Positions 30,425-32,000 of a stretch of 32,000 bases of DNA are shown in pieces (within the stretch, counting starts at the first letter, position 1; every line of letters starts with the position of its first letter). The notes beneath the pieces were generated by a model, which was not told the DNA's origin, searched no databases, and was given only the letters and a program-made list of their open reading frames with translations. The stretch is taken from contig NZ_CP040089.1 of assembly GCF_009617975.1 (NCBI RefSeq), forward strand, positions 420,001 through 452,000, given 5' to 3'. The stretch is from Candidatus Nanohalobium constans. GTDB taxonomy: Archaea; Nanohalarchaeota; Nanosalinia; Nanosalinales; Nanosalinaceae. Both the position numbers and the translations under genes were made by a program.

Positions 30425-31114
30425 TTACTGGGTTGTGTTTGTTGTCTGGTTGTTTCCTGTCTGATTCTCAGGTTGCTGTTCTGCTTGTTGTGCTCTTTGA
30501 ATCAGTTGGTCGATGTCATAGGCTACGTTCTGTGCGCCGAAAGGACTTCTTACCTGTTCTGGGAATAGAATCTTCCCGTCTGTAGTCAGGTAGAACATCT
30601 GTGACTGTGTCTGCTGTGTACCGTTCACTGTCCTATCTACGGATGCATTAATGTAGTACATGTTGTTCTTAGGCTCTGCAGTCACTGAAATCTGATCTTC
30701 TGGCTGTCCGCTTGCCACCAGGAAGTCTTCTACTTTCTCGGTTGCCTGTGTCTGGGAGATCTGGTCTCCTCCCATTGAAGGCATAAGCAAAGATCCTACA
30801 AGAAGACCTGCTATAATTCCGAATAGTGCTCCTCCGCTGACAAGCTGTACGCGGTTGAAGCTTCCTAGAAGTCCTTCGCTTGTCTCTTCTTCGATTTCTT
30901 CGACAAGTTCTTCTTCTACTTCTTCCTGTTCCTCTACTTCTTCATGGATTTCCTCTTCTACTTCTTCTCCAATCTTCTTTTCTAGGAATTCCTTTACGGT
31001 TTTACGGTCTTTGCCTTGCTCCTCTTCTTTGAGAAGTTCTTCATAGTTTACATCTGAGGCGTCTCGGATTTTTTCCTTGACCTCGTCAACAGTTCCATCT
31101 AGATAATCTGCCAT
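30425..31114 (-). CDS. Single-pass membrane protein with an acidic cytoplasmic HeH/Rho_N-like N-terminus and (EEVEE)n linker; hypothetical
   Basis: MADYLDGTVDEVKEKIRDASDVNYEELLKEEEQGKDRKTVKEFLE, an E/V-rich linker, TM VSGGALFGIIAGLLVGSLLM, then an extracytoplasmic domain and a Q/N/T-rich tail. The ATG at 31114 has a TATA-like AAATATTTTATAA (minus strand, 31142-31154) about 32 nt upstream. The track uses a TTG at 31135. Confidence 0.68.
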   Translation of the reverse strand: MADYLDGTVDEVKEKIRDASDVNYEELLKEEEQGKDRKTVKEFLEKKIGEEVEEEIHEEVEEQEEVEEELVEEIEEETSEGLLGSFNRVQLVSGGALFGIIAGLLVGSLLMPSMGGDQISQTQATEKVEDFLVASGQPEDQISVTAEPKNNMYYINASVDRTVNGTQQTQSQMFYLTTDGKILFPEQVRSPFGAQNVAYDIDQLIQRAQQAEQQPENQTGNNQTTNTTQ

Positions 31115-31179
31115 ATATGCATAAATTCTGTCCAAGCAGGCTTATAAAATATTTACACTGTCCGCCCTCTTTCCCAACC

Positions 31180-31186
31180 TATAAAA
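31180..31186 (+). promoter_or_regulatory. TATA box TATAAAA about 28 nt upstream of the ATG at 31211
   Basis: Canonical archaeal TATA at leaderless spacing. Confidence 0.45.
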
Positions 31187-31210
31187 CCTGCCGCAGACTC
31201 ACTCACAACT

Positions 31211-32000
31211 ATGACAGTAGAAAAAGTCGCCTGGTTTGACACAGAAAACTGGGAGAAAGAATACCTTGAGAACAAGGATTTCCCCTTTGAGATAAAATTC
31301 TTTGAGGAAAGCTTAACCAAGGATACAGCAGCCAAGACAGAAGGTTTTGATGCAGTATCCGTCTTTGTTTCTTCCCAGGTCAGCTCTGAAGTAATTGAGG
31401 AGTTAGATGTCGATATAATCGCTTGTAGGTCTACAGGATTCGATCATGTCGACATTGAAACAGCCTCAGAACAAGGCATCAAAATATGCAATGTCCCAAG
31501 ATATGGTGCTAATACGGTAGCAGAACACGCATTCGGTTTAATCCTAACACTTTCCAGGAGGATTCACGAGGCGATTAGTAAGGTAGAGAACGGTGAGTTT
31601 GACCATCAAGGGCTGAAGGGTTTTGATCTTGAGGGGAAAACGCTGGGAGTTGTAGGGACGGGCAGTATAGGTCAGAAAGTTATCGAAATGGCACACGGAT
31701 TTAACATGGATGTCCTAGCATCTGACCCATACCCCAAAGAGGGCTTGGAAGAAGAGCTAGGCTTCATGTATGTCTCGATGGAAGACTTGATCAAAAAGTC
31801 TGATATAATAACTATTCACTGTCCTTTAACTGATGAAAACCACCACTTATTCTCTGAGGAACAGTTCAAGCTAATGGATGAAACTGTTCTGATTAATACG
31901 GCTCGTGGAGAGTTAGTAGATACAACTGCGCTGATAAGAGCATTGGAAAACGGGAATGTTTCCCGGGCAGGACTTGATGTACTGGAAGAGGAATGTGTTA
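31211..32000 (+). CDS. D-isomer-specific 2-hydroxyacid dehydrogenase (D-lactate/phosphoglycerate dehydrogenase family), 3'-truncated by the window edge
   Basis: Absent from the ORF track because it has no stop in the window. My translation is MTVEKVAWFDTENWEKEYL...CRSTGFDHVDIE...NVPRYGANTVAEHAFGLILTLSRR...KTLGVVGTGSIGQKV (GxGxxG)...ITIHCPLTDENHHLF...LINTARGELVD...AGLDVLEEE, open through position 32000. Confidence 0.9.
   Translation, partial: MTVEKVAWFDTENWEKEYLENKDFPFEIKFFEESLTKDTAAKTEGFDAVSVFVSSQVSSEVIEELDVDIIACRSTGFDHVDIETASEQGIKICNVPRYGANTVAEHAFGLILTLSRRIHEAISKVENGEFDHQGLKGFDLEGKTLGVVGTGSIGQKVIEMAHGFNMDVLASDPYPKEGLEEELGFMYVSMEDLIKKSDIITIHCPLTDENHHLFSEEQFKLMDETVLINTARGELVDTTALIRALENGNVSRAGLDVLEEECV

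Noticed and set aside
31153-31335. 60-aa minus-strand ORF
   Set aside because: It is antisense to the 5' end and promoter of the well-supported D-2-hydroxyacid dehydrogenase gene, and its composition is non-acidic.
1-32000. Search for tRNA, rRNA, CRISPR arrays, IS elements and long direct or inverted repeats in intergenic regions
   Set aside because: - No T-loop (GGTTCGAATCC-like) or acceptor structures were seen. The GGTTTCGAATGG at about 30331-30345 has no surrounding cloverleaf.
- No regularly spaced repeats and no transposase or integrase ORFs were seen.
- This was a visual scan only, so small ncRNAs could have been missed.

Overview
The window reads as a compact archaeal chromosome segment. 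The proteome is strongly acidic (D/E-rich), which points to a salt-in halophile. By eye the DNA is moderately AT-rich, genes abut or overlap, and most start codons sit 25-30 nt downstream of a TATA-like box, implying leaderless transcripts. Together this fits a small-genome halophilic archaeon such as a nanohaloarchaeon (DPANN). That taxon call is inference, made without any database search.

The left third (68-10600, all minus strand) is a six-gene cluster of exported, non-enzymatic surface proteins:
- a 647-aa acidic orphan with an N-terminal anchor
- a 1203-aa PKD/Ig/cadherin-like adhesin
- a type IV pilin-like protein with a class III signal peptide
- a 538-aa tail-fibre-like repeat protein
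- a 75-aa protein that is little more than a Tat signal
- a signal-less 755-aa LamG/FN3 protein

I rank this cluster as the best candidate for an undescribed system, namely a cell-cell or host attachment apparatus.

The rest is mostly housekeeping:
- PQQ-type sugar dehydrogenase, CutA, and a GNAT gene interrupted by an in-frame TAG
- nrdR-nrdJ (class II RNR), with two NrdR-box-like palindromes upstream and three coupled small membrane-protein genes downstream
- a PIN/KH ATPase, an MNT-HEPN toxin-antitoxin pair and a DUF389-like membrane protein
- a NYN-domain gene abutting a 4xCBS protein whose C-terminus looks like an HPF/RaiA domain
- endonuclease IV, a signal-less BtuF-like binding protein, a short TrxR-like flavoprotein, a Nudix hydrolase and Fe/Mn SOD
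- a D-2-hydroxyacid dehydrogenase that runs off the right edge and is not in the ORF track

I found no rRNA, tRNA, CRISPR array, transposase or integrase. All family calls rest on motif recognition by eye and need HMM or structure confirmation.
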